This document shows, in pieces, positions 8,359 to 16,876 of a DNA stretch of 53,960 nt. The notes under the pieces are model-generated. The model was not told where the DNA came from. It saw only the letters and a list, made by a program, of their open reading frames with translations, and searched no databases. The translations under genes and the position numbers were made by a program. The stretch comes from Clostridia bacterium (GTDB lineage Bacteria > Bacillota > Clostridia > UBA1381 > UBA9506). Position 1 is the first letter of the stretch, and each line of letters opens with the position of its first letter. Where the stretch lies: NCBI GenBank assembly GCA_045595745.1, contig JAZOBB010000053.1:1-53960 (forward strand). Reading direction: 5' to 3'.

Positions 8359-8420
8359 AAATGGGGTTTGCACGCGAAATCTTCGGTTATTCGAGATTAA
8401 TTATCAAGGAGGTAAATAAA

Positions 8421-8912
8421 TTGAGTGAGAAGACAGGGGTTGCTTTTTCGGAAACCAAAGAACAGGCACAAAAGCTTAGTGCGGTAATCGAAAAGCACAA
8501 AAATGAAAACGGCGCACTTATTCCGGTTCTGCATGAGGCTCAGGAAATTTACGGCTATTTGCCGATTGAGGTTCAGCAGAAAATTGCAGAGGGCCTTAAT
8601 GTATCTATGGCAGAAATATATGGTGTTGTTACATTCTACACCCAATTTTCGGTAAATCCCAAGGGCAAATATAAAATTGGTGTTTGCTTGGGAACTGCCT
8701 GCTATGTTAAAGGTTCGGGAAATATTTTGGATAAAATTAAAGAAAAACTTGGTATTGACGTTGATGAATGCACACCTGACGGTAAGTTTTCAATTGATGC
8801 TACCCGTTGTATCGGTGCATGCGGCTTGGCACCCGTAATGACCATAAATGATGATGTTTACGGTCGTTTGGTTCCTGAGGATATTGACGGAATTTTAGAA
8901 AAATATATGTAA
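8421..8912 (+). CDS. hydC: [FeFe]-hydrogenase NuoE-like [2Fe-2S] subunit (HydC/HndA type)
   Basis: ORF track 8334..8912. Start trimmed to TTG 8421, 7 nt after AAGGAGG 8407-8413. NuoE-type Cys pattern CLGTAC...C..AC. 163 aa. Confidence 0.85.
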   Translation: MSEKTGVAFSETKEQAQKLSAVIEKHKNENGALIPVLHEAQEIYGYLPIEVQQKIAEGLNVSMAEIYGVVTFYTQFSVNPKGKYKIGVCLGTACYVKGSGNILDKIKEKLGIDVDECTPDGKFSIDATRCIGACGLAPVMTINDDVYGRLVPEDIDGILEKYM

Positions 8913-8984
8913 TTTAATCGGTTTAAACTTAAAAATCTTTCTATTAATTAGGAAAGAAAAAAGTGAATGAAAAGAGGTCTTAGA

Positions 8985-10880
8985 ATGAAGAGCTTATCCG
9001 AACTTGGTTTAATAAAAGATAAAAAGAAAGATTATGTTAATCTTCGCTTGGAAGATAAAGCCGACGCAAAAGCATCGGCAGGGGAGTCTAAAGTAAGGGC
9101 TCATGTTTTAGTCTGTGGCGGTACAGGCTGTACCTCGTCAGGCAGTCAGAAAATAATTCATGAGTTTGAAAATCAGATTACAGCAAACGGAATTGCAGAA
9201 GAGGTTAAGGTTATTAAAACCGGCTGTTTCGGTCTTTGTGCATTAGGTCCGATTGTTGTTGTATATCCTGAGGGTGCTTTTTACAGTATGGTTAAGGTCG
9301 AGGATGTTGAAGAAATTGTAAAAGAACACTTAGTAGGTGGTCGTATTGTTAAGCATCTTCTTTATGATGAAACAGTTGAAAACGACTCGATTAAATCTTT
9401 AAACGAGGTTAATTTCTATAAAAAACAGCGTCGTATTGCACTTCGAAACTGCGGTGTTATTAATCCCGAGGATATCGAGGAGTACATAGCTATCGACGGT
9501 TATCAGGCTTTGGGAAAAGTACTTACAAGTATGACTCCTGAGCAGGTTATTGAAGAGGTTAAAGAATCCGGTCTGCGCGGCCGCGGCGGTGCAGGTTTTT
9601 CAACCGGTATGAAATGGATGTTTACTGCACGTGCAAACGGTGAAAACGGCAAATATGTTTGCTGTAATGCCGATGAAGGTGACCCGGGTGCTTTCATGGA
9701 CAGAAGTATTTTAGAGGGTGACCCGCACGCGATTATCGAAGCAATGGCAATTGCAGCTTATGCAGTTGGTGCTGACCAGGGTTATATTTACATACGTGCT
9801 GAATATCCGATTGCGGTTAAACGTTTGCAGATTGCAATTGACCAGGCTAAAGAATACGGTCTTTTGGGCGAAAATATTTTTGGTACTGATTTTAAATTTA
9901 ATCTTGATATAAGACTTGGTGCAGGAGCATTTGTGTGCGGTGAAGAAACTGCGCTTATGACTTCTATCGAGGGTCATCGCGGTGAGCCGAGACCGAGACC
10001 GCCGTTCCCGGCAAATAAAGGTCTGTGGCAGAAGCCTACTTTATTAAATAACGTTGAAACCTATGCAAATATTACTCAGATTATTAATAACGGTGCAGAA
10101 TGGTTTAAATCCATCGGAACTGAAAAAAGTAAGGGTACTAAAGTTTTTGCTCTGGGCGGTAAAATTAAAAACACCGGTCTGGTTGAAATCCCGATGGGAA
10201 CAACTCTTCGTGAAATCGTTGAAGAAATTGGTGGCGGTATCCCGAACGGAAAGAAATTTAAAGCTGCTCAGACGGGCGGACCTTCGGGCGGATGTATTCC
10301 GGCATCGCTTATTGATATAGAAATTGATTACGATTCACTTATCCAAATTGGCTCAATGATGGGCTCGGGCGGTCTTATCGTTATGGATGAGGATACCTGT
10401 ATGGTTGATATCGCTAAATTCTTCTTAGAGTTTACGGTTGATGAATCCTGCGGTAAGTGTACACCGTGCCGTGTGGGAACAAAACGTATGCTCGAGATTT
10501 TAGACCGAATAACAAAGGGCAAAGGAACTTTAGAGGATTTAGACCGTTTGGAAGTTTTGGCAGACAGCATTAAGTCTTCTGCTTTGTGCGGTCTGGGTCA
10601 GACAGCACCCAATCCTGTTTTGAGCACTCTTCGTTATTTCCGTGATGAATATGTTGCTCACGTTGTTGATAAAAAATGTCCTGCAGGTGTATGTAAGGAC
10701 CTCTTAAGTTATAAGATTGATGAAGCTAAATGTAAGGGTTGCGGAATCTGTGCTAAAAATTGTCCTGTTGGGGCAATCAGCGGTCAGGTTAAAAATCCGT
10801 ACCACATCGATCCTGCCGTTTGCGTAAAATGCGGCGTTTGTATGTCGAAGTGCCCGTTTAAGGCAATTTCGAATAAATAA
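8985..10880 (+). CDS. hydB: [FeFe]-hydrogenase NuoF-like NADH/FMN-binding subunit (HydB/HndC type)
   Basis: ORF track 8967..10880. ATG 8985 has the better SD (AAGAGG 8972-8977). GRGGAGFSTG FMN/NADH motif, SCGKCTPCR cluster motif, two C-terminal CxxCxxCxxxCP motifs. Confidence 0.9.
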   Translation: MKSLSELGLIKDKKKDYVNLRLEDKADAKASAGESKVRAHVLVCGGTGCTSSGSQKIIHEFENQITANGIAEEVKVIKTGCFGLCALGPIVVVYPEGAFYSMVKVEDVEEIVKEHLVGGRIVKHLLYDETVENDSIKSLNEVNFYKKQRRIALRNCGVINPEDIEEYIAIDGYQALGKVLTSMTPEQVIEEVKESGLRGRGGAGFSTGMKWMFTARANGENGKYVCCNADEGDPGAFMDRSILEGDPHAIIEAMAIAAYAVGADQGYIYIRAEYPIAVKRLQIAIDQAKEYGLLGENIFGTDFKFNLDIRLGAGAFVCGEETALMTSIEGHRGEPRPRPPFPANKGLWQKPTLLNNVETYANITQIINNGAEWFKSIGTEKSKGTKVFALGGKIKNTGLVEIPMGTTLREIVEEIGGGIPNGKKFKAAQTGGPSGGCIPASLIDIEIDYDSLIQIGSMMGSGGLIVMDEDTCMVDIAKFFLEFTVDESCGKCTPCRVGTKRMLEILDRITKGKGTLEDLDRLEVLADSIKSSALCGLGQTAPNPVLSTLRYFRDEYVAHVVDKKCPAGVCKDLLSYKIDEAKCKGCGICAKNCPVGAISGQVKNPYHIDPAVCVKCGVCMSKCPFKAISNK

Positions 10881-10900
10881 CAAAGGAGGGGAAAACGAAT

Positions 10901-12643
10901 ATGGAAATGGTAAACATTAAAATTAACGGGGAAGCGATAAGCGTCCCGAGTGATTATACAATTTTGCAGGCTGCAAGACAGGCGGGAATTGATATTCCTA
11001 CACTCTGTTATTTAAAAGGAGTAAACGAAATCGGTGCCTGCCGTATGTGTCTCGTTGAGGTTAAGGGTGCAAGAGGTCTTGTTACCGCTTGTGTGTATCC
11101 TGTAAACGAGGGTATGGAGGTGTTTACAAACACCGAAAAAGTACGTGTTGCAAGAAGAACAGTTTTAGAGCTGACCTTGTCTAACCACGAAAGAAAATGC
11201 TTAACTTGCCCAAGAAATCAGAACTGTGAGCTTCAGAGATTGGCAGATGAGCTTAATGTAACAGATATTGCGTTTGAGGGCGAAATCTCAAAGCACGAGA
11301 TTGACGATATGTCGCCGTCAATCGTTCGTGACAATAACAAATGTATCCTTTGCCGTCGATGCATCAGCACTTGTAAAAAGATTCAGACAGTTGGTGTAAT
11401 TGATGCACAGGGTCGTGGATTTGCTACAAAAATAGGCTGTACCTTTGATAAGTCGTTAAATGATACCGACTGCGTAATGTGCGGTCAGTGTATCGCTGCT
11501 TGCCCTGTTGGTGCTCTTTATGAAAAAGACAGCACAAAGGCAGTATGGGCAGCTTTGGCTGACGAAACAAAACACGTTGTAGTTCAGACTGCTCCGGCAG
11601 TTCGTGTAGCTTTGGGTGAAGAATTTGGTATGCCAATCGGAACACGTGTTACCGGTAAAATGGCAACTGCACTTAAAAAGCTTGGCTTTGACAAGGTGTT
11701 TGATACTGACTTCGCGGCTGACCTTACCATTATGGAAGAGGGAACAGAGTTAATCGGTCGTATCAAAGAGGGCGGCAAGTTCCCGATGATTACATCCTGT
11801 AGTCCGGGTTGGGTTAAGTTCTGTGAGCATAACTTCCCTGACTTATTAGATAATCTTTCAACCGCAAAATCACCGCACGAAATGTATGGCGCAATTATAA
11901 AATCCTACTATGCAGAAAAAGAAGGTATTGACCCTAAGGATATTTTCGTGGTTTCGGTTATGCCTTGTACTGCTAAAAAATTCGAAAGCCAAAGAGAAGA
12001 GCTTAAAGGAACGGGATATCCTGATGTTGATGCAGTTTTAACAACTCGTGAGCTTGCTAAAATGATTAAAGAAGCTCGTCTTGATTTTGAAAAACTGCCT
12101 GACTCGGGATTTGATAATCCGTTTGGAGAGGCAGCAACCGGCGCAGGTGTTATATTCGGTGCAACCGGTGGTGTTATGGAGGCAGCTCTTCGTACCGTTT
12201 CTGAGGTGCTGACGGGTAAATCCTTTGACGAGATTGAATATACTGCGGTTCGCGGTATTGAAGGAATTAAAGAAGCAACTGTTACAATCGGTGATTTAGA
12301 TGTTAAGGTTGCTGTAGCACACGGTCTTGGCAATGCCCGCGCGTTACTTGAAAAGGTAAGAAGCGGCGAGGCAGATTATCACTTTATAGAGATAATGGCT
12401 TGCCCCGGTGGATGTGTAACCGGCGGCGGACAGCCGATTCAGTCAGCTAAGGTTAAAGCCGAAATTGACCTTAAAGCAGCAAGAGCAAAGGCAATTTATG
12501 ACGAAGACCGTAGCTTGCCAATCAGAAAATCACATGAGAATCCGTTTATTAAGATGCTCTATGATGAATATTTAGGCGAGCCTTGCGGACATAAGTCGCA
12601 TAAGCTGTTGCATACACATTATGTAAAGAGAGATAAATATTAA
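10901..12643 (+). CDS. hydA: [FeFe]-hydrogenase catalytic subunit, multi-cluster (group A3-like) architecture
   Basis: 580 aa. N-terminal 2Fe-2S domain, His-ligated cluster motif HERKCLTCPRNQNC, two 4Fe-4S motifs. H-cluster motifs MPCTAKKFE and EIMACPGGCVTGGGQP are canonical. The first motif reads TSCSPGW (see findings). Confidence 0.92.
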   Translation: MEMVNIKINGEAISVPSDYTILQAARQAGIDIPTLCYLKGVNEIGACRMCLVEVKGARGLVTACVYPVNEGMEVFTNTEKVRVARRTVLELTLSNHERKCLTCPRNQNCELQRLADELNVTDIAFEGEISKHEIDDMSPSIVRDNNKCILCRRCISTCKKIQTVGVIDAQGRGFATKIGCTFDKSLNDTDCVMCGQCIAACPVGALYEKDSTKAVWAALADETKHVVVQTAPAVRVALGEEFGMPIGTRVTGKMATALKKLGFDKVFDTDFAADLTIMEEGTELIGRIKEGGKFPMITSCSPGWVKFCEHNFPDLLDNLSTAKSPHEMYGAIIKSYYAEKEGIDPKDIFVVSVMPCTAKKFESQREELKGTGYPDVDAVLTTRELAKMIKEARLDFEKLPDSGFDNPFGEAATGAGVIFGATGGVMEAALRTVSEVLTGKSFDEIEYTAVRGIEGIKEATVTIGDLDVKVAVAHGLGNARALLEKVRSGEADYHFIEIMACPGGCVTGGGQPIQSAKVKAEIDLKAARAKAIYDEDRSLPIRKSHENPFIKMLYDEYLGEPCGHKSHKLLHTHYVKRDKY

Positions 12644-12650
12644 AATAGTA

Positions 12651-12677
12651 GGGACTGTAGCAAAATGCTACAGTCCC
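12651..12677. terminator. Hairpin shared by convergent hydA and the 44-aa ORF
   Basis: GGGACTGTAGC-aaaat-GCTACAGTCCC, 11-bp perfect stem. Flanking T/A runs are interrupted on both strands. Confidence 0.6.
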
Positions 12678-12737
12678 ATTTCATTTACATATTACCAAGA
12701 ATCTCCTTGCATTAACAAATTAAACTCAGCTTTTTTC

Positions 12738-12872
12738 TTAATAAATTTCGTTGTCCTCTTGATTAATGTACATTTCCTCTAGCTCAAGTTGTTTTTGCGT
12801 CAGCTGTTCAATTGTTTCTGCTACTGTGGCAGCTAATGAATAGTAAAGTTCTTTGTAATTTGTTTCTTCCAT
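12738..12872 (-). CDS. Small acidic hypothetical protein, 44 aa
   Basis: Below the ORF-track size cutoff. Reverse ATG 12870-12872, 7 nt after GAGGAGG. Translation MEETNYKELYYSLAATVAETIEQLTQKQLELEEMYINQEDNEIY, stop at 12738-12740. Has its own promoter and leader. Confidence 0.55.
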   Translation of the reverse strand: MEETNYKELYYSLAATVAETIEQLTQKQLELEEMYINQEDNEIY

Positions 12873-12890
12873 GGTTTTTCCTCCTCTAAA

Positions 12891-13045
12891 TTAAAAAATG
12901 CGTGACTCCAATCGAAGCCACGCACGAAAAACGAAGCTTTGATTTCTGTTGTCACGCAGTTTCATACAAGCAGAAGTATGAAAATCCAAGCCTACGTTTT
13001 TACCAAACGTAAACTTCTGCTTGTTAAAATATTAAACTACGTGAC
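12891..13045 (-). promoter_or_regulatory. Structured ~165-nt 5' leader with mutually exclusive antiterminator and terminator helices (riboswitch/attenuator-like, unclassified)
   Basis: On minus-strand RNA, 5' GUCACG (13045-13040) or 3' GUCACGC (12906-12900) can each pair with GCGUGAC (12957-12951). The latter helix is followed by AUUUUUU (12899-12893) and then the SD. A 12-bp hairpin 12966-12977/13013-13024 lies inside. Confidence 0.5.
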
Positions 13046-13051
13046 AAATAT

Positions 13052-13080
13052 ATTATAACACAAATTTCAACATTTGTCCA
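13052..13080 (-). promoter_or_regulatory. Promoter for the leader and 44-aa ORF: TGGACA-17-TGT-TATAAT (minus strand)
   Basis: Reverse complement reads TGGACA (13080-13075), 17-nt spacer, TG (13060-13059), TATAAT (13057-13052). Confidence 0.55.
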
Positions 13081-13182
13081 GTATTTTTTACCAATTTATT
13101 CCAATTTATTTTTGGCGGTTTAAATAAAGAGGAATTAGATAATTTTAATAATTAATTTTTTATGTTTTATGACAATTGCACC

Positions 13183-13211
13183 TTGCAAGCTGTCGTTTTT
13201 TTTTGTATAAT
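13183..13211 (+). promoter_or_regulatory. Promoter TTGCAA-17-TATAAT upstream of the DUF1846 gene
   Basis: TTGCAA 13183-13188, 17-nt spacer, TATAAT 13206-13211. Confidence 0.55.
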
Positions 13212-13250
13212 AATTAAGAATGGGTTTATTTTAGGAAAAGAGGTGCAAAA

Positions 13251-14741
13251 ATGTCTAAAATAGGTTTTGATAATGACAAATATTTGCAAATGCAGTCAGA
13301 GCATATTAACAAACGAATTGCTCAGTTTGGCGGAAAGCTCTATCTAGAGTTTGGCGGAAAGCTGTTTGATGACTATCATGCGGCAAGGGTTTTGCCCGGA
13401 TTTCAGCCTGACAGCAAGCTTAGAATGCTTTTGCAGTTAAAGGACAAGGTCGAAATAGTAATCGCCATAAATTCTGCAGACATTGAAAAAAACAAGCTGC
13501 GTGGCGATTTGGGTATAACCTATGATTTAGATGTTTTGCGTTTGATTGACTGCTTCAGACAAATTGGCTTATTTGTGGGCAGTGTTGTTATGACACAGTT
13601 TAGGGGTCAGCCTACGGCAGAGGCTTTTCAAAGAAGATTAGAAATGCTTGGTGTTAAGGTTTACAGACACTATCCTATCGAGGGCTATCCGTCAGATATC
13701 CCTAAAATTGTGAGTGACGAGGGTTACGGCAGTAATGAATATATCGAAACCAGCCGAGAGCTTGTTGTTGTTACAGCTCCCGGACCGGGCAGCGGCAAGA
13801 TGGCAACCTGCCTTTCTCAGCTCTATCATGAGCATAAGAGGGGTATTCAGGCAGGATATGCGAAGTTTGAAACCTTCCCAATTTGGAATTTGCCGCTCGG
13901 ACATCCTGTAAATCTTGCTTATGAGGCTGCAACAGCAGATTTAAATGATGTTAATATGCTTGACCCGTTTCATTTAGAGGCATACGGTGAGACTACCGTT
14001 AACTATAACCGCGATGTAGAGATTTTCCCCGTTTTGCGTGCGATGTTCGAAAGAATTGTCGGAAAATGTCCTTATAAATCGCCTACCGATATGGGTGTTA
14101 ATATGGCAGGTAACTGCATTGTTGATGACGAGGCAACAAAAGAGGCATCACAGCAGGAGATTATCCGTCGTTATTATACTGCTCTGTGCGAACAGAGAAA
14201 GGGTATAATCGGTGAAGATGTAGTTTTAAAGCTTGAAATTTTAATGAACAAGGCAGGAATTTCTCAGCATGACCGTCCTGTTATTGCACCTGCAATTCAA
14301 AAAGCTGCATTAACAGGTGCACCTGCGGCGGCAATGCAGCTGCCCGACGGTACCATTGTTACCGGAAAGACCTCGGATTTGCTCGGTGCATCATCGGCAC
14401 TTTTGTTAAATGCGCTTAAAACTCTTGCGGGAATTGATGATGGTGCACATTTGATTTCGCCGGCTATTTTAGAGCCTATTCAGCACTTAAAGGTCGACCA
14501 TTTAGGAAACCGAAATCCAAGACTTCATACTGACGAGGCACTTATTGCGCTTTCGATTTGTGCTGCAACGGACCACAGAGCAGAGCTTGCTATGGAACAG
14601 CTTGGTAAGCTACGCGGATGCGATGCTCATTCTTCGGTAATATTGTCGCATGTCGATGAAAAGGTTTTCAAAAGATTGGGAATTAATATTACTTGTGAGC
14701 CTAATTATAAGGTTAAACCTGTGGAGCATAGTTTGTCATAA
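13251..14741 (+). CDS. DUF1846 / UPF0371 family protein (function unknown)
   Basis: 496 aa. N-terminus [48 protein letters not shown] matches my memory of the roughly 500-aa UPF0371 family conserved in Firmicutes. Confidence 0.75.
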   Translation: MSKIGFDNDKYLQMQSEHINKRIAQFGGKLYLEFGGKLFDDYHAARVLPGFQPDSKLRMLLQLKDKVEIVIAINSADIEKNKLRGDLGITYDLDVLRLIDCFRQIGLFVGSVVMTQFRGQPTAEAFQRRLEMLGVKVYRHYPIEGYPSDIPKIVSDEGYGSNEYIETSRELVVVTAPGPGSGKMATCLSQLYHEHKRGIQAGYAKFETFPIWNLPLGHPVNLAYEAATADLNDVNMLDPFHLEAYGETTVNYNRDVEIFPVLRAMFERIVGKCPYKSPTDMGVNMAGNCIVDDEATKEASQQEIIRRYYTALCEQRKGIIGEDVVLKLEILMNKAGISQHDRPVIAPAIQKAALTGAPAAAMQLPDGTIVTGKTSDLLGASSALLLNALKTLAGIDDGAHLISPAILEPIQHLKVDHLGNRNPRLHTDEALIALSICAATDHRAELAMEQLGKLRGCDAHSSVILSHVDEKVFKRLGINITCEPNYKVKPVEHSLS

Positions 14742-14746
14742 ATAAT

Positions 14747-14780
14747 AAAACTGATGCCAAGTGCATCAGTTTTATTATTT
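14747..14780 (+). terminator. Intrinsic terminator after the DUF1846 gene
   Basis: AAAACTGATGC-caagt-GCATCAGTTTT followed by ATTATTT. Confidence 0.8.
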
Positions 14781-14863
14781 GAACAGTTAAAATGTTTCGT
14801 TTTAATAAAAAATGGACTATAATAAAGTAAAGATAAAAATAACATCGTAAATAGGTGATAAAA

Positions 14864-15532
14864 ATGAAAAAACTAATTACATTAGAAGATGTAAGAAAAA
14901 ATCGTGATATTCGCACTTATATGGAGCGCGGAAATGAAAATCTTAAAGCAAAAGGATTTACAGAGCATTCGTTCATTCATGCAGAGCTTGTTGCAAAAAA
15001 TGCCGCAGATATTTTAGAAACACTTGGCTATAGCGAGCGCGAGCAGGACTTGGCACGTATTGCAGGCTTTATGCACGATATAGGAAATACAATAAACAGA
15101 GAAGACCACGCTCAAAGCGGTGCATTAATTGCATTTCGATTGCTTTCAGATATGGGCATGGAGGCAGAAGAGGTTGCTATTATTATGTCTGCAATCGGAA
15201 ATCACAACGAGGGTAGCGGAACTCCAGTAAACCCTGTGTCTGCCGCGCTTATTTTAGCAGATAAATCAGATGTGCGTCGCTCACGTGTGCGCAACAAGGA
15301 CGTAGCAAATTTCGATATTCATGACAGAGTTAATTATTCTGCTACAAAATCTGAAATAAGTGTTGATAACGCACGTGGAGAAATAACTCTGAAACTGACT
15401 ATCGACCCGGAGTTAAGCTCTATTATGGACTATTTTGAAATTTTTATGGAGCGTATGATGATGAACAGACGTGCTGCGCTTTTATTAAATATGAAGTTTT
15501 GTCTTGTTATTAACGATACAAAATTAATGTAA
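14864..15532 (+). CDS. HD-domain phosphohydrolase family protein
   Basis: ORF track starts at GTG 14855. ATG 14864 follows AGGTGA. H..HD motif (FMHDIGN) and downstream HN/D residues. Confidence 0.75.
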   Translation: MKKLITLEDVRKNRDIRTYMERGNENLKAKGFTEHSFIHAELVAKNAADILETLGYSEREQDLARIAGFMHDIGNTINREDHAQSGALIAFRLLSDMGMEAEEVAIIMSAIGNHNEGSGTPVNPVSAALILADKSDVRRSRVRNKDVANFDIHDRVNYSATKSEISVDNARGEITLKLTIDPELSSIMDYFEIFMERMMMNRRAALLLNMKFCLVINDTKLM

Positions 15533-15567
15533 TGTGCGAAAAAACGACAGAAAATTTTTTAAAACTC

Positions 15568-15596
15568 TTGACCGAATGAATATTATCATATATAAT
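15568..15596 (+). promoter_or_regulatory. Promoter TTGACC-17-TATAAT upstream of hom
   Basis: TTGACC 15568-15573, 17-nt spacer, TATAAT 15591-15596. Confidence 0.6.
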
Positions 15597-15664
15597 ATTA
15601 ACATTAATAAAATAGGATAGCTATGTGAAATACATATGATGCAAGCATCACAGGAGGTTGCAAA

Positions 15665-16873
15665 ATGATAAAAGTAGCAATAATGGGCTTTGGTACAGTC
15701 GGCTCGGGTGTTTATGAAATTATACGCAACAATGCATCCGGCTTAGAGCGTAAATCCGGTCAGAAAATTGATATTAAATATATTTTAGATATCAGAGATT
15801 TTGAGGACCATCCCGAAAAGAATTTGTTTACTAAAAACTTTGACGACATATTAAACGATGATGAAGTTAAGGTTGTTATCGAGGTTATGGGCGGTCTTAA
15901 CCCCGCTTATGATTTTTCTAAAAAGGCTCTTTTGGCAGGGAAAAGTGTTATAACATCTAACAAAGAGCTTGTTGCAACCCACGGAACAGAGCTTTTAAAA
16001 ATTGCTGAAGAGAAAAACTGCAACTATTTATTTGAAGCATCGGTTGGCGGCGGTATTCCGATTTTACGTCCGCTTAATCAGTGTATGGCAGCGAATAATG
16101 TAGAGACTGTTTACGGGATTTTAAACGGTACGACTAACTATATTCTGACAAAAATGTTTAAAGAAGGTGCTGCTTTTTCAGAGGCACTTGCTCAGGCACA
16201 GGAGCTTGGTTATGCAGAGCGCAATCCCGAAGCAGATGTTGAGGGTCACGATGCCTGCCGTAAAATTGCAATTTTAGCATCACTTGCATCGGGTAAATTT
16301 GTTGATTATAAAAATGTTGCAACTGAAGGTATAACAGCTATCACAAAAAATGACGTTGCTTTTGCATCGAAAATAAACAGTGTTATTAAATTAGTAGGAT
16401 ATGCAAAATTTGACTCAAATGGCAAGGTTTATGCACGTGTGTGTCCTATGGTTATTTCAAAAGAGCATCAGATGTCAGACGTAAGCGATGTGTTTAACGC
16501 AGTAATGGTACACGGCGACTTTGTAGATGACGTAATGTTTTATGGTAGAGGCGCAGGTAAGCTCCCGACTGCAAGTGCAGTTGTTGCTGACGTTGTTGAT
16601 GCTGTTAAGCATCTTGAAAGACGCGTTATGATAAAATGGGAAGAGCCTGGCGAAAACATTATGCTTGACCCAATGGAAATTCCTACAAAATATATGGTAA
16701 GAACAACAAATTCTATGCTTGTTAACGGCTTTATCGGTGCAAGTATGATTGGAAACTGTAAAGGCGAAAACGGCACAGAATATGCATTTGTAACCGGCTT
16801 TGTAACTGAAAAACAGTTGAAAGAAAAATTGGGAGCTGCTGACAGCTTTATAAGAATGCTGCCGGAGGCTTAA
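15665..16873 (+). CDS. hom: Homoserine dehydrogenase
   Basis: 402 aa. N-terminal GFGTVGSG Rossmann motif, NKELVA and GGGIPI motifs, C-terminal ACT-like region. Confidence 0.92.
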   Translation: MIKVAIMGFGTVGSGVYEIIRNNASGLERKSGQKIDIKYILDIRDFEDHPEKNLFTKNFDDILNDDEVKVVIEVMGGLNPAYDFSKKALLAGKSVITSNKELVATHGTELLKIAEEKNCNYLFEASVGGGIPILRPLNQCMAANNVETVYGILNGTTNYILTKMFKEGAAFSEALAQAQELGYAERNPEADVEGHDACRKIAILASLASGKFVDYKNVATEGITAITKNDVAFASKINSVIKLVGYAKFDSNGKVYARVCPMVISKEHQMSDVSDVFNAVMVHGDFVDDVMFYGRGAGKLPTASAVVADVVDAVKHLERRVMIKWEEPGENIMLDPMEIPTKYMVRTTNSMLVNGFIGASMIGNCKGENGTEYAFVTGFVTEKQLKEKLGAADSFIRMLPEA

Positions 16874-16876
16874 AAG

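Noticed and set aside
8334-8420. Upstream GTG start for hydC and the 8967 ATG start for hydB given by the ORF track
   Set aside because: The extensions lack good SDs and add non-conserved N-termini. TTG 8421 and ATG 8985 each lie 7 nt after strong SDs. The assignment remains provisional.
13021-13039. TTGTTAAAATATTAAACTA as a Rex-like site in the small-ORF leader
   Set aside because: Only one half-site (TTGTTAA) is good. The other matches about 4-5 of 7 positions in an AT-rich context where such matches are expected by chance.
13091-13110. Tandem CCAATTTATT x2 as a CRISPR or satellite repeat
   Set aside because: There are only two 10-nt units with no spacers. No CRISPR-like array occurs anywhere in the window.
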